A stretch of 64,000 bases of DNA from an uncultured Gemmatimonadaceae bacterium. GTDB taxonomy: Bacteria > Gemmatimonadota > Gemmatimonadetes > Gemmatimonadales > Gemmatimonadaceae. Made by a program: the position numbers and the translations under genes. The stretch covers positions 32,001-96,000 of the forward strand of contig CAWAGQ010000004.1 in assembly GCA_963781585.1 (NCBI GenBank). Direction: 5' to 3'. Below, piece after piece: positions 18,123 through 28,856 of the stretch (its first letter is position 1; every line of letters starts with the position of its first letter). The notes under the pieces were generated by a model. The model worked only from the letters and a program-made list of their open reading frames with translations, had not been told where the DNA came from and did not search any database.

Positions 18123-20651
18123 ATGCCGCTGTCATCCAAACCACCGGCTGGGCCCGTGAATCTGTCGCAGAATGCGCGGACGGTGCTCGACAAGCGCTAC
18201 CTCGTGAAGGACGCTACGGGGAAGCCGGTCGAGAGGCCGGAAGAGTTGTTCTGGCGCGTCGCGGCTACGGTGGCGGAAGCGGATCGACGCTACGGCGCGA
18301 CCGACGGCGCGGTGAATGAAGCCGCCGACGCGTTCTACCGGCTGATGACCGAGCGGCGTTTCCTGCCGAACAGTCCCACCCTCATGAATGCCGGGCGCCC
18401 GCTGGGGCAGCTGTCCGCATGCTTCGTCCTGCCCGTTGCGGACGCGCTCTCGAACGGGCAGGACGGCATCTACGACACGCTCCGGGCCATGGCGCTGATC
18501 CACCAGAGCGGCGGTGGAACCGGTTTCTCGTTTTCGCGCCTTCGCCCGAAGGGATCGATGGTCCGATCCACCACCGGAGTCGCCAGCGGCCCGGTGTCGT
18601 TCATGAAGCTCTACGACGCCTCGACCGATGCGGTGAAGCAGGGGGGGACTCGGCGTGGCGCGAACATGGGGATTCTCCGGGTCGATCATCCCGACATCAT
18701 GGACTTCGTCACCTGCAAGGAAGACCTCACGCAGGTAACGAACTTCAACATTTCGGTGGCGGTGACGGAGAAGTTCATGCAGGCCGTGGCCGCTGGCTCG
18801 GCGTACGATCTCATCGATCCGCACAACGGCCACCAGGTGGTCGGTCAGCTCGATGCGCGGACGGTCTGGAACAAGATGATCGAGGGGGCGTGGCGGACCG
18901 GCGAACCGGGCGTCTTCTACGTCGACGAGGCGAACCGGTTCAATCCGGTCCCGCACCTGGGCAACTACGAGGCCACCAATCCGTGCGGCGAGCAGCCCTT
19001 GCTGGCCTACGACGTCTGCAATCTGGGCTCGGTGAACGTCGGCATCTATGTGAAGGACGGGAAGATGGACTGGGACACGTTCCGGCGTGATGTCCATCTC
19101 TCGACGCACTTTCTCGACAACATCATCGACGTCAACAAGTATCCGCTACCGGAGATCGACGTTCTCTCCAAGCGGATCCGCCGTATCGGTCTCGGCGTGA
19201 TGGGGTTTGCCGACGCACTCGTGCGTCTCGGAATCGCGTACGACTCGGACGAGGGTGTGGAATTCGGACGCAAGCTCATGCACTTCGTTGACACCGAAGC
19301 CAAATTCGAATCGAATCGACTGGCCGAGGAGCGCGGGTCGTTCCCCGAGTGGGCGCGCAGCATCTGGGGCCCGGACGAAACATGCGCCAGAGATGCCGCG
19401 GCCAAGCGGATCCGGCCCATGCAGCTCCTCCGGAACTGCAACGTCACCACCGTCGCTCCTACTGGCACCATCTCGATCATCTCCGGATGCTCGTCGGGTC
19501 TCGAGCCGCTGTTCGCCGTGGCGTTCCTCCGGAACCAGGCGGGCGTGATGATGCCCGATGTGAACGACGATTTCGTCGCTATCGCGAAGCGGGAAGGGTG
19601 GTATGGCGACGACCTGATGGAGCGGATCGCCCGCACCGGCACTATCGCGCACCCCGAGGTCCCGGAGCACGTGCAGCGTGTGTACGTCACGGCGAACGAG
19701 ATCACGCCCGAGTGGCACATTCGCATGCAAGCGGCTTTCCAGGAGTCGACCGACTCGGCGATCTCGAAGACGACCAACTTCGCTCACACCGCGTCGCAGG
19801 ACGATGTGCGCGCCATCTACGAGCTGGCGTATCAGCTCCACTGCAAGGGCGTCACAGTCTATCGGGACGGCTCGAGAGACAATCAGGTGCTGTCGACCGG
19901 AGCGACCGAAGCCGCCAAGACGGCACGAGAGAGCGGGGGCGGTCCGGAGGCATCGGTTGCAAACCGTACCGCCGGCCAGCTTCAGGGTGAGATCGCCGAG
20001 CTCAATCACGAGATCGAGCGTCTCAAGAAGGACCTGTTCGACTCCGAGGCGGAAAACCTGCAGCGACGCAACAAGCGTGCTCGCCCCGACCGGCTGCGCA
20101 GCACGGCCATTCGCAAGGAAACGCCGTTAGGCACGATGTACGTGCACATCAGCGAGGATGATCGCGGCCAGCCGTTCGAGGTGTTCATCAATCTCGGCAA
20201 GGCCGGCGGATCCGCGATGGCCGATGCCGAAGCGATGGGACGCCTGATCTCGCTGGCCCTTCGCTCCGGGATCCCGCTGATGTCGATCCACAAGCAGCTC
20301 CGTGGCATTTCGAGCGATCGCGCCGTGGGTCTAGGACCCAACAAGGTCCTCTCGGTGCCGGATGCCATCGGCATTGCGCTCTATGAGTGGTATCGTGACA
20401 AACAGGGCGTCCAGCAGGAGCTCACCATTCAGGACCAGCGTGCGGACGATGCGCCCGGGACGGAACAGGCGCCGGTTCCGGTTTCGCGCTTCGGCGAAAC
20501 GGCAGGTACGGAGGGCGAGCAGATGATGCTGGGCGCGATGGGCGAGGAGGCCCGATCGTTCATCGGAACGTGTCCCGATTGCGGATCGCAGCTCGAGTTC
20601 GCCGAGGGGTGCGTCAAGTGCCACGTGTGCGGCTTCAGCGAGTGCGGGTAA
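18123..20651 (+). CDS. nrdJ: Adenosylcobalamin-dependent (class II) ribonucleotide reductase with C-terminal TSCPD/Zn ribbon
   Basis: PNSPTLMNAG, SACFV, ATNPCGEQ, CNLGS, APTGTIS, KGVTVYRDG; C-terminal CPDC...CHVCGFSECG. Confidence 0.95.
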   Translation: MPLSSKPPAGPVNLSQNARTVLDKRYLVKDATGKPVERPEELFWRVAATVAEADRRYGATDGAVNEAADAFYRLMTERRFLPNSPTLMNAGRPLGQLSACFVLPVADALSNGQDGIYDTLRAMALIHQSGGGTGFSFSRLRPKGSMVRSTTGVASGPVSFMKLYDASTDAVKQGGTRRGANMGILRVDHPDIMDFVTCKEDLTQVTNFNISVAVTEKFMQAVAAGSAYDLIDPHNGHQVVGQLDARTVWNKMIEGAWRTGEPGVFYVDEANRFNPVPHLGNYEATNPCGEQPLLAYDVCNLGSVNVGIYVKDGKMDWDTFRRDVHLSTHFLDNIIDVNKYPLPEIDVLSKRIRRIGLGVMGFADALVRLGIAYDSDEGVEFGRKLMHFVDTEAKFESNRLAEERGSFPEWARSIWGPDETCARDAAAKRIRPMQLLRNCNVTTVAPTGTISIISGCSSGLEPLFAVAFLRNQAGVMMPDVNDDFVAIAKREGWYGDDLMERIARTGTIAHPEVPEHVQRVYVTANEITPEWHIRMQAAFQESTDSAISKTTNFAHTASQDDVRAIYELAYQLHCKGVTVYRDGSRDNQVLSTGATEAAKTARESGGGPEASVANRTAGQLQGEIAELNHEIERLKKDLFDSEAENLQRRNKRARPDRLRSTAIRKETPLGTMYVHISEDDRGQPFEVFINLGKAGGSAMADAEAMGRLISLALRSGIPLMSIHKQLRGISSDRAVGLGPNKVLSVPDAIGIALYEWYRDKQGVQQELTIQDQRADDAPGTEQAPVPVSRFGETAGTEGEQMMLGAMGEEARSFIGTCPDCGSQLEFAEGCVKCHVCGFSECG

Positions 20652-20700
20652 CAGGAGTTCCGGCGGCGGCAGGGTCTTCCTCCGCCAGGAGCGTCACGGC

Positions 20701-20731
20701 AACGCCACTCGAGGTTTCGGGTGGCGTTTCT
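20701..20731 (+). terminator. Hairpin/terminator downstream of nrdJ
   Basis: aacgccactcga / tcgggtggcgtt stem followed by tct. Confidence 0.55.
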
Positions 20732-20932
20732 GCTCCCAGCCATGCTGTGACGATGTGACGGCCACGCTCGGCTGGGCGTGGGCATCGCGTCTGACATCGT
20801 TCCTGTACGATTCGTCCCTGCGGAATAGGGGGCCGGCGGCATCGCGCGTGTCTTCCCGCTGACATCGGGTAATTCTGTCTTTCACCTCCGCCCGGGCTCC
20901 GGCACGGGCGCCCTCAGTGCAGGGAGACTCAC

Positions 20933-21406
20933 ATGCGTGCAACATCTGGTCCGTTGATCATGTCCGGGATGGCAGCACTCGCGCTGTTCGCCGCCGGATG
21001 CTCGCATCTGGCCGACAACACTCCGGTTGGCGTGGCGTCGTACACCGGTGCGCCGTCTACCGACACCACGCACGCCGTACCGCCGAAAGTGCGGGTCAGC
21101 GGTCGTATTCTCGGTGTGACCTTCACCGTGCCCACCCAGGGGTCCGATTCGATGCACTTCGAGCCGGTACGGCACGCCAAGATCCGGGTCATGCAGAACG
21201 TGCTCGTCAACGGCGAGTCGTCCCAGGTACTGGCCGTAGAGATGCTGTCGGACGATGCCGGCGGATACATGATCAAGGACCTTCCGGGCGGCTACTACGT
21301 CGTCTATGCCTATCCTCCGGCGGGTTCTGCGTATGCACAGAACTGGTCGTACCTCGCCGCCCTCGACCCGGAAGTAAAGCTGGACGTGTACGTGTGGAAG
21401 AAGTAG
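20933..21406 (+). CDS. Lipoprotein with carboxypeptidase-regulatory-like beta-sandwich
   Basis: Lipobox AAGC; VSGRI...SDDAGGYMIKDLPGGYYVV. Confidence 0.7.
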   Translation: MRATSGPLIMSGMAALALFAAGCSHLADNTPVGVASYTGAPSTDTTHAVPPKVRVSGRILGVTFTVPTQGSDSMHFEPVRHAKIRVMQNVLVNGESSQVLAVEMLSDDAGGYMIKDLPGGYYVVYAYPPAGSAYAQNWSYLAALDPEVKLDVYVWKK

Positions 21407-21409
21407 CGC

Positions 21410-24202
21410 TCAGCCCCCGCCTGATCCCAGTTTCCGCAACACAGCGCCTAACGCTTCGATCTCGCGGCCGTAACCGGCCCAGTCGCCGGCGCGCTGTGCC
21501 GCCAGCGCGCGGTCGTAGTGATCCTGCGCCTGGCGGAGCAGGTCGGTGACGGTCGACGGCACCGGCGCGCGCGACGCGGCGGGGTTGGCTGGTGCTCCGG
21601 CGGCGGCCCCCGGTTCCAGCGCGATGGTCGAACGCGGGGCCGCCCCGCCGCCGAACAGCAGCGAGAGGCCTTCCTCAAGCGTTTCCCCCATCACCACCTG
21701 GTTCTCGTGGGCCACCACCACCCGCTTGAGTTCGGGAATGTTGCCGCCCTCAGCCCGCAGGTAGATGGGCTGGACGTAGATGAGCGACTCCTCGATCGGG
21801 ATCACCAGCAGTTCGCCGCGAATCACCTGGGAGCCGCGCTGATCCCAGAGGGTGATCTGCCGTGAGATCTCGGTGTCCTGGTTGATCCGGTTGACGATCT
21901 GCTTCGGCCCGTACACGAGGCTCTGCCGCGGGAAACGGTACACGACGAGACGCCCATACTCGTCGCCGTCCATGCGTGCCACCATCCACGCCGCGAGGTT
22001 GTCCTTGCCCTGCGGTGTGAACGGCGTCATGTAGATGAACTCCGCCTTCTGCTCCCCGGGAAGCCGCAGGATGATGTGCCGCATGAACGGGGTAACCGAC
22101 TGTCCGGCCGAGCTCACGCCCGGAATCTGCCACTGATCTTCGCGGTGATAGAACGTCTCGGGTTGCACCATGTGGTAGGTGGCGTGCATCGCGGTCTGGA
22201 TGCGGAAAAGCTCTCCGGGATACCGGAGGTGACGCCGGATGTCGGCCGGCATGGCGCTCATCGGCCTGAAGATGTCGCCGAAGATGCCCGCGTAGGTCCG
22301 GGCCACCGGATCGTTCGGGTCGACCAGATAGGCGTCCACGGTACCGTCGTAGGCATCGATGACGACCTTCACGCTGTTGCGCATGTAGTTCGTGCCGTCG
22401 GACGTCCCGCGTGCATACGGATAGGTCGATGCGGTGGTGTAGCCGTCCAGAATCCATTTCAGCTCGCCGGCGTCGCTGACCATCAGATACGGCTCGGCGT
22501 CGAAGCTGAGGAACGGCAGGGCGGTGGACGCCCGATCGATGATGTTGCGGCGGTAGAGAATGCGCGCGTTGCCAACGATGTCGTCGGACAGGAAGATCTT
22601 GGCCGATCCGAATTCCCAGGCATAGAGTGCGCGCCGGAAGAACGAGCCAACGGGCACGCCGCCGTGTCCGGTGTAGGTGGTGTACACGTTGGTTTCGCCG
22701 GAGGGGTAGTCGAACTCCTTCTGCCCGGTGCCGACGAAGACGTAGCTGTTGGTGAGCTGGCCGTAGTAGATCTGCGGCCGGGTGAGCTTGATGGAGATGG
22801 TCGAGACCGGCGGGAGGTCCTTGATGAATAGCACCGGCAGGCCCTCGGACGTGACCTGATTCACCGGCGCCATGGTAACGCCCATGCCGTGCGTGAAGGT
22901 GAGGCGCTCGTTGATGAAGGTGCGCGTGGGCAGCGATGCTGTGTTCAACTCGCGCGCCGACAGGTGGACCTGCCGATAGCGGCCGTCGATCATGTACCGG
23001 TCGTCATTGACCGAGACGAAGTCGTAATAGGTCCGGATTTCCTGGAGCTGTCCGAAGGTCTGCTGCAGCAGGTCGCGCTCCCACAGCCGCACGTTGTCGA
23101 TGGTGGGAGCGTTGGCCTGGATGTCGGCCATGGTGAGCTGCACGTTGCCGTTCAGGTCGCGCGTCACGACGCTGTCGAGGCCCCAGGCCCGGCGGGTGGC
23201 GGCAATATGCTCCCGCAGGTACGGCGCTTCGCGAGTCAATTCGTTAGGTGCCACGACCAGTTTCTGGATCGACGACGGCACCACCACCCGCGCCACCACG
23301 CTCACGCTGACGTACAGGGCCCCGGCCATGACCGTGTACCAGACGAGCTTCCGCCGCGACGCCCCCACCACCACGAGCACCGCACCCAGCAGCGCCGCGA
23401 CCGCGGCCAGCCGGATGCCGGGAAGCGTGTAATGCACGTCGGTGAAGCTGGCTCCCACAAGCGGTCCGGTGGTGGAGTACAGCAGGTTGGCGCCGGTCAC
23501 GATCCAGAGACGGATCGCCGTCAGGACGAATACCGCGACCAGCAGCGCGGCCAGGTGCCAGGTGGCCTGGGGGGCCACCGAGGTCCGGCGCGGCGGCAGG
23601 ATCAGATCGCCGTGCAGGACGTACAGTAGGGCCACGGCGGCAAGCGACAGCCAGCTGAGCGCCAGCAGGATGCCAAGCACCGCCGAAACGGCGGGAAGGC
23701 GAAAGAGATAGAAGCCGATATCCCGCCCGAAAAGCGGATCGGCCAGTCCGACGCTCGACCCGTGGACGCCCTTGAGAAAGGTCATCCACAGCGCCGAGAC
23801 CGAGACCCCGACGACGAAGGCGGCAAGGATCACGACCCCCAGCAGCAGCTTGGGCAGGAACCGGACGAGGTCGATCGGGATGCCGTCCGGGCCGCCGAGA
23901 TGTAACGCGAGCACGGCCTCCGACCCTCGACGCGCCAGCCGCAGGTTACCGTAAAAAAACGTGAACGCGAAGCCGGCGCCGGCGACGAACAGCACCACAC
24001 GCCATCGCAGCGCCGTGAGGTAGACCGACTGGAATCCGATCTCGCGGAACCAGAGCCAGTCGGTGGCGAAGCTGGCGAGCCAGGGCAGGACGATTACGCC
24101 CAGAAAAAAGACCACCAGCCCACCGATGATGATCCGGCGGAGCCGGCGCAGGGACGGAGGGAGCGCGCCGTGGAGGCGAGGGACGTCGAGGGGATCGGTC
24201 AT
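21410..24202 (-). CDS. UPF0182 family membrane protein
   Basis: TDWLWF, DPLFGRDIGFYLF, NVRLW, QEIRTYYDF, FTHG, NYMRNSVK; start set at ATG 24202. Confidence 0.93.
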   Translation of the reverse strand: MTDPLDVPRLHGALPPSLRRLRRIIIGGLVVFFLGVIVLPWLASFATDWLWFREIGFQSVYLTALRWRVVLFVAGAGFAFTFFYGNLRLARRGSEAVLALHLGGPDGIPIDLVRFLPKLLLGVVILAAFVVGVSVSALWMTFLKGVHGSSVGLADPLFGRDIGFYLFRLPAVSAVLGILLALSWLSLAAVALLYVLHGDLILPPRRTSVAPQATWHLAALLVAVFVLTAIRLWIVTGANLLYSTTGPLVGASFTDVHYTLPGIRLAAVAALLGAVLVVVGASRRKLVWYTVMAGALYVSVSVVARVVVPSSIQKLVVAPNELTREAPYLREHIAATRRAWGLDSVVTRDLNGNVQLTMADIQANAPTIDNVRLWERDLLQQTFGQLQEIRTYYDFVSVNDDRYMIDGRYRQVHLSARELNTASLPTRTFINERLTFTHGMGVTMAPVNQVTSEGLPVLFIKDLPPVSTISIKLTRPQIYYGQLTNSYVFVGTGQKEFDYPSGETNVYTTYTGHGGVPVGSFFRRALYAWEFGSAKIFLSDDIVGNARILYRRNIIDRASTALPFLSFDAEPYLMVSDAGELKWILDGYTTASTYPYARGTSDGTNYMRNSVKVVIDAYDGTVDAYLVDPNDPVARTYAGIFGDIFRPMSAMPADIRRHLRYPGELFRIQTAMHATYHMVQPETFYHREDQWQIPGVSSAGQSVTPFMRHIILRLPGEQKAEFIYMTPFTPQGKDNLAAWMVARMDGDEYGRLVVYRFPRQSLVYGPKQIVNRINQDTEISRQITLWDQRGSQVIRGELLVIPIEESLIYVQPIYLRAEGGNIPELKRVVVAHENQVVMGETLEEGLSLLFGGGAAPRSTIALEPGAAAGAPANPAASRAPVPSTVTDLLRQAQDHYDRALAAQRAGDWAGYGREIEALGAVLRKLGSGGG

Positions 24203-24422
24203 GGATGCAAGATGGCCCCCCTTCAGCCTGAACACCACCGGTGAGTGGCGATCAGGTGCGTGTGACGCCGGCGTGACGCCTCGCTGCGAGGTTGCCCCCG
24301 CGTTCATCACGCCGCGTTGCGACCGGGCTGGCGCTCCACGATGAACGCTCTCGGAGACAGGCCGGGTGTCTCGCCGTCGTCGTTAGGCCTTTCCCTCTCC
24401 CCACGCACAGGAGCGACCACCC

Positions 24423-25307
24423 ATGTATCACCTCTCGTGGCTGGCGGCCCGGAAGCGGTCCGCCACCGCTGCCCTCATGACCGCGGCTCTCCTCGCCGCC
24501 GGATGCGACCGCCCATCCCGCGCGACGGCCCCGCCCGATACGATGTCCGCCGCTCACCCTGTCACCGTCGGCCGCATCCGCGCCGCCGATCCCGCGCTCG
24601 TCGCCCTCCGGCAGCAGCTCGTCGACCCCTGGTCCGCCAGGTCCTGGCGCGACCTGTTCAGCGCCTCTTCATCGGCGCTGCTCGAATCACCACAGCAGCT
24701 GCTCCACCTGCTGCAGCGCGACCATCCCACGGCGTCGACTCCACCTTCCGGGGGACGCGCCAGTCTCTCGCTCATCGGTCCAATTACGCAGGAGGAGGCG
24801 GATGCCTCCCTCGGCGGCGTGCAGAGCATCGATCCCGTGAACGGAACCATCGCCGTTACCGTTCAGGCCTCGGGAGTCGCCGCCTCGACCCTGGGTGCCG
24901 ACGGAAGTTTCGGATGGAAGTACATGCGCGCCGACGGATCTGTGGTGAATCGCACGCCGAGCGACAGCCCGTTCCACTGTTCCGGACCTGGCCCGCGCCT
25001 CGATTGCGTCGTTCACAGCAAGACCTACTTCAAGTGCGAAGCAGATCACGTGAAGATCGGCGGCGATCTGCTCACGGCCATCTGGGCAGCGTACGTCCTC
25101 CCGGTCGTCATGAGCCGGGCGTACGTGGGACCCACCGTTCGCTGGGTCGACTGCCCACCCCCGCCACCGCCGCCCGGTACCAGCGGAGGGTACACGGACG
25201 AATGCTGGGTCTGTCAGGAATGGCTCGACCTCTACAATGGCGACGTGATCGACGACTGGTGGGAGTGCGACCTGCGCAACGGTCAGGTGTGCAATGCCGC
25301 ACAGTAG
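24423..25307 (+). CDS. Hypothetical lipoprotein with poly-Pro linker and Cys/Trp-rich C-terminus
   Basis: aggag RBS; lipobox LAAGC; PPPPPPP then ECWVCQEW...WWECDLRNGQVC. Confidence 0.7.
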   Translation: MYHLSWLAARKRSATAALMTAALLAAGCDRPSRATAPPDTMSAAHPVTVGRIRAADPALVALRQQLVDPWSARSWRDLFSASSSALLESPQQLLHLLQRDHPTASTPPSGGRASLSLIGPITQEEADASLGGVQSIDPVNGTIAVTVQASGVAASTLGADGSFGWKYMRADGSVVNRTPSDSPFHCSGPGPRLDCVVHSKTYFKCEADHVKIGGDLLTAIWAAYVLPVVMSRAYVGPTVRWVDCPPPPPPPGTSGGYTDECWVCQEWLDLYNGDVIDDWWECDLRNGQVCNAAQ

Positions 25308-25383
25308 CTCGCGTTTGCCGGTGGCGCTGTCATGCGTCGCGCCGGCACGAAACTCAACCCATGTTCGCATCGGAGACACGACC

Positions 25384-25851
25384 GTGACGATATCCCGCAT
25401 ACTCACTCGCATTCCACGCTGGGTCGCCGGCATCATCCTGGCGGCGCCGTTCGCTCAGGTGGCGGCGCAGGCTTCCGCCGGCCATGCCGTCGCAACCATC
25501 GTCCAGGTTCCCGACCTGGGAGCAACTGATCGTCGCGCGGTGATCCTCCGCCGCGCCGACGGCGACCCGCTCAACGTCGTCCTGGTGTCGCCAAACACCA
25601 CGGCGGCGGATCTGGCTCGCGCCATGGGAGCGCTGGTACGCTCCGTCGAGACCCGCGGTCCCCAGGTGCAGAGGGACATTCGCGCCTACGTGGTCGCGGA
25701 CACGAATGGCACGCGGCCTCTGGCAAACGAGGGACGCGCACGCCAGGATCTTGCCCGGCTCTCGAAGGCGACGGTCTACAACATCGACGGCGTCGGCCCC
25801 GGCAGGGCGATCACCGTGCGGCTGGTCATCAGCGCCGGCCGCAAGCGGTGA
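25384..25851 (+). CDS. Hypothetical secreted protein
   Basis: ggaga RBS before GTG 25384; signal peptide ending VAA-Q. Confidence 0.6.
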   Translation: MTISRILTRIPRWVAGIILAAPFAQVAAQASAGHAVATIVQVPDLGATDRRAVILRRADGDPLNVVLVSPNTTAADLARAMGALVRSVETRGPQVQRDIRAYVVADTNGTRPLANEGRARQDLARLSKATVYNIDGVGPGRAITVRLVISAGRKR

Positions 25852-25982
25852 CCGGTCGCATGGAGCCTCGGTCGCGGGCGGCGCTCCAGCGGGCCTCAGG
25901 CGACCACGCGGGACGGCACCGGAGGCTGCCGTCCCGCGGAGCATGGCGCCATACTGACGACCACATCGTAAATGCGGGGAGA

Positions 25983-27233
25983 ATGCTCACCGTTCTCGCT
26001 CTTCTCGCGCTCGCCTCGACCAGTGGCCGCGGCGACGCGCCAGTTGCACCGCAGTGTCGCGAGCAACCCTGGTCGCGGGCCGCGCTGCTTCGAGGTGAAA
26101 CGCCTGACCGTCCGGTCGTCCTGCGCTACCCCAGCATGGCACGTGCTGATGGACACCTCTACGTGGCGGGAATGAACGTCCCCTTCTTCGTGGACTCACT
26201 CCCCGACTCGCCGCTCGAGGTCTGGGACCTCGCGGTCGGGTCCATCGGGCGTCCCGCGGGTCATTTCGAGTTCGCGTTTCCGCGGCTGTACGGCGCTGCG
26301 GACGGCACGCTCCTCGCGCTGTGGGGGGAACGGGCGTCGCGCGATTCGCTGCCATTCTATCGAGCGGAGATGACCCAGCTCTGGGCTTCGGAATACCAGA
26401 GAGCGCGTGGGTGGTCGACGCCGAGACTGGTCGCCGATTCCGCGACAATCCTCTGGGACGATGTCAACGCCGGCACGTACATGGACTCGGCAGCTGCGGT
26501 GCACGTAGTCGTGCCGGCGCTCTGGTCGTTCTTGAGGCATGGTCTCCTCGATGTATCGTATGCGCACGGATCCTGGAGCAGTGTCAGGATTCCGATGGAC
26601 GAGCCGGTGGCGTCTGTGAGCGTCGCAAGACTGGGCTCCGGGACGCTCCTGCTCGCGATGATCAGGGCCCTTGGCCCGCTTTTCTTGCCAAACAGGAGCG
26701 TCGTGCTCGTCTCACGCTCAGACGACGAGGGGCGAACCTGGCAGCATCCCGATGTGGTGCTCGACTCGCCCAGAGGTCTGGCGACGGAGATCTGGGCCTT
26801 GGCGGCCGACTCCTCGTCCGTGCACCTGCTCTGGGGACAGAACCTGTCTGCTGCGCATTTTCCGGAGGTCATACGTCATCTGTACTCCGTCGACGGCGGC
26901 CGCTCATTCTCCGCGCCGGAGGACTTTCGGCCGGCCGATGGATTCGACGGTGTGCGTCCGGCCATTGATGGGTGCGGCGCGCTGCACGTGGTCTATCAGC
27001 ACCGACGGACGGACACCGCGGGAGGACTGGCCGTGCACGTCGACGAGGTTACCTGGAACGGAACATGGAGCGAACCGCAGCACCTGTTCCAGGATCAGAT
27101 TGCAGTGAGCCCCGGTCTGTTCTTCGACCCCGATTCGTCGCTGCTCCGGTTGGTCTGGAGCGCACGACCAAGCGCCTCGGCGCGCTTCGCGCCACTCACC
27201 ACCTTCGTTTCGGAGAAGCTCGTGCGGAGGTGA
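25983..27233 (+). CDS. Secreted BNR/Asp-box (sialidase-like) beta-propeller protein
   Basis: Signal peptide; Asp-boxes SRSDDEGRTW and YSVDGGRSF; repeated W-S-x-P motifs. Confidence 0.7.
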   Translation: MLTVLALLALASTSGRGDAPVAPQCREQPWSRAALLRGETPDRPVVLRYPSMARADGHLYVAGMNVPFFVDSLPDSPLEVWDLAVGSIGRPAGHFEFAFPRLYGAADGTLLALWGERASRDSLPFYRAEMTQLWASEYQRARGWSTPRLVADSATILWDDVNAGTYMDSAAAVHVVVPALWSFLRHGLLDVSYAHGSWSSVRIPMDEPVASVSVARLGSGTLLLAMIRALGPLFLPNRSVVLVSRSDDEGRTWQHPDVVLDSPRGLATEIWALAADSSSVHLLWGQNLSAAHFPEVIRHLYSVDGGRSFSAPEDFRPADGFDGVRPAIDGCGALHVVYQHRRTDTAGGLAVHVDEVTWNGTWSEPQHLFQDQIAVSPGLFFDPDSSLLRLVWSARPSASARFAPLTTFVSEKLVRR

Positions 27234-27529
27234 TGTGCGGCGGGTCTGGGTCGCTGCCGGCTGGGGCGTGTGGCGCCGGCGACCCGGCCGCCCCGCGGTC
27301 GATCCGGGACCTGGCGCACTTGTCGTGCGCCGGGTGGCGCGCATCTATTCAGGACGCGCGGCGCGGCACGCACGGGACGCCATGCGAGCGGCCGTACGCC
27401 CTGTTTTCGCGGGGGATGACGTCGCCACGACTGCACCCGAACCATCCGGTGAACCCGGTCGCTGCATGGCTGCCGAGGCCCTGCCGGCCGCGACCGGCCG
27501 ACCCGACGCGCCGGCACACGCGGCCGGCG

Positions 27530-28771
27530 ATGCACGTCCGCGGAGCGGCCTGGCTCGCGACCACCCTGTTGGGAATCGCGTTAGGTAGCGGCGGGCGTAT
27601 GGAACCTGGCTGGGCCTGGGACGGCCAGCGCGTGCCGCCGGTTGCAATCGGACCGACCCCAAACGCGGCGCAACGCTGCGGCGGGGTGACTGCATGCCGG
27701 GTTGCCGGCGGGCTGGTGTTCGAATCGATCAGCGCAGGGTTCGAGCACACCTGCGGCATTGCGACCTCGGGAGTGACGTACTGCTGGGGCGACGGGCGCG
27801 CGGGGGCACTGGGGGACGGTGCGACCGCGATCGCTCATCAGCCGATGCGGGTACGAAGCTCCGTGCGCTTCGTCGAGGTGCGGGCCGGCGGCGATTTCAC
27901 CTGTGCCCGCACAGAGGAAGGTGCGGTGTACTGTTGGGGGCGCAGCTACCCGGTGCCCGGACAGCCGAAGCTCAGCAGCCAACCGCAGCGCGTGCGATTC
28001 GACGACACGGCGATCGCGATTACGACCGGGCGGCGTCACGCCTGCCTGCTCGCGGTCGGCGGTGTCGCCTACTGCTGGGGCTTCAACGCCGATGGCGAGA
28101 CGGGGAACGGGACCAGCGGGATCGCGGCCAGTGTGGTTCCGGCTCCGACGCCGGTGGTAGGGGATCTGCAGTTCGTCGCGATCTCCGCCGGGCTCGACTT
28201 CACCTGCGCCCTCACCAACGGAGGCGTTCCGTACTGCTGGGGCTCGGACGTGGACGGGGTGATCGGGTATTCGGCGCCCGAACGCTGCGGCGACGTCGAT
28301 CCGCTCCCTTGTGCGGCGACGCCGGTGCGCGTGAATACGCCGCAGACGTTTTCGGAGATCGCAGCCGGGGGATCACACGTGTGCGCGCGCACGCACGATC
28401 GCGACTTGTTCTGCTGGGGATCGAATCTTCAGGGCCAGCTCGGCTCGCCGGTGCTGGGCAGCGAGGGGAAGGTGTACGCGCCGCGCGCCGTTCCGTTGCC
28501 GCAGCGTGTTCGGAACTTCATTTCGGTGGTGAGCGGCGGGAGCCACACCTGTGCCCTCGTTGCGCACGGACAACTGTATTGCTGGGGGCTGAACGCCAGT
28601 GGGCAGCTCGGCGCGCTGGGATTCTCCCAGGGCCAGTTCGAGCCGATCCTGAGCCAACCGCATTTGACGTTCATGCAAGTCACGGGTGGCGGATACCACA
28701 CCTGCGGGCTGACGCTGCGCGCCGAGGCGTACTGCTGGGGCGACAACCAGTACGGGGCGCTGGGCCGCTAG
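27530..28771 (+). CDS. Secreted RCC1-repeat beta-propeller protein
   Basis: About 7 repeats of xGxxHTC...YCWGxNxxGxLG; start uncertain. Confidence 0.88.
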   Translation: MHVRGAAWLATTLLGIALGSGGRMEPGWAWDGQRVPPVAIGPTPNAAQRCGGVTACRVAGGLVFESISAGFEHTCGIATSGVTYCWGDGRAGALGDGATAIAHQPMRVRSSVRFVEVRAGGDFTCARTEEGAVYCWGRSYPVPGQPKLSSQPQRVRFDDTAIAITTGRRHACLLAVGGVAYCWGFNADGETGNGTSGIAASVVPAPTPVVGDLQFVAISAGLDFTCALTNGGVPYCWGSDVDGVIGYSAPERCGDVDPLPCAATPVRVNTPQTFSEIAAGGSHVCARTHDRDLFCWGSNLQGQLGSPVLGSEGKVYAPRAVPLPQRVRNFISVVSGGSHTCALVAHGQLYCWGLNASGQLGALGFSQGQFEPILSQPHLTFMQVTGGGYHTCGLTLRAEAYCWGDNQYGALGR

Positions 28772-28856
28772 CGCGGCCACGATCAGCAGCAGCGCGCCGA
28801 ACGCGTACGTTACCGCGACGGTCTCACGAGGTGGTCGCCACGAGAATCGCTGCGCG

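Noticed and set aside
25150..25307. Cys/Trp-rich tail as a RiPP core
   Set aside because: No modifying enzymes (radical SAM, YcaO, LanM) or transporter-peptidase nearby, and the protein has a lipobox
27720..28771. Repeated tactgctgggg DNA motifs as a CRISPR-like array
   Set aside because: They are the coding YCWG motifs of RCC1 repeats with irregular spacing; no cas genes
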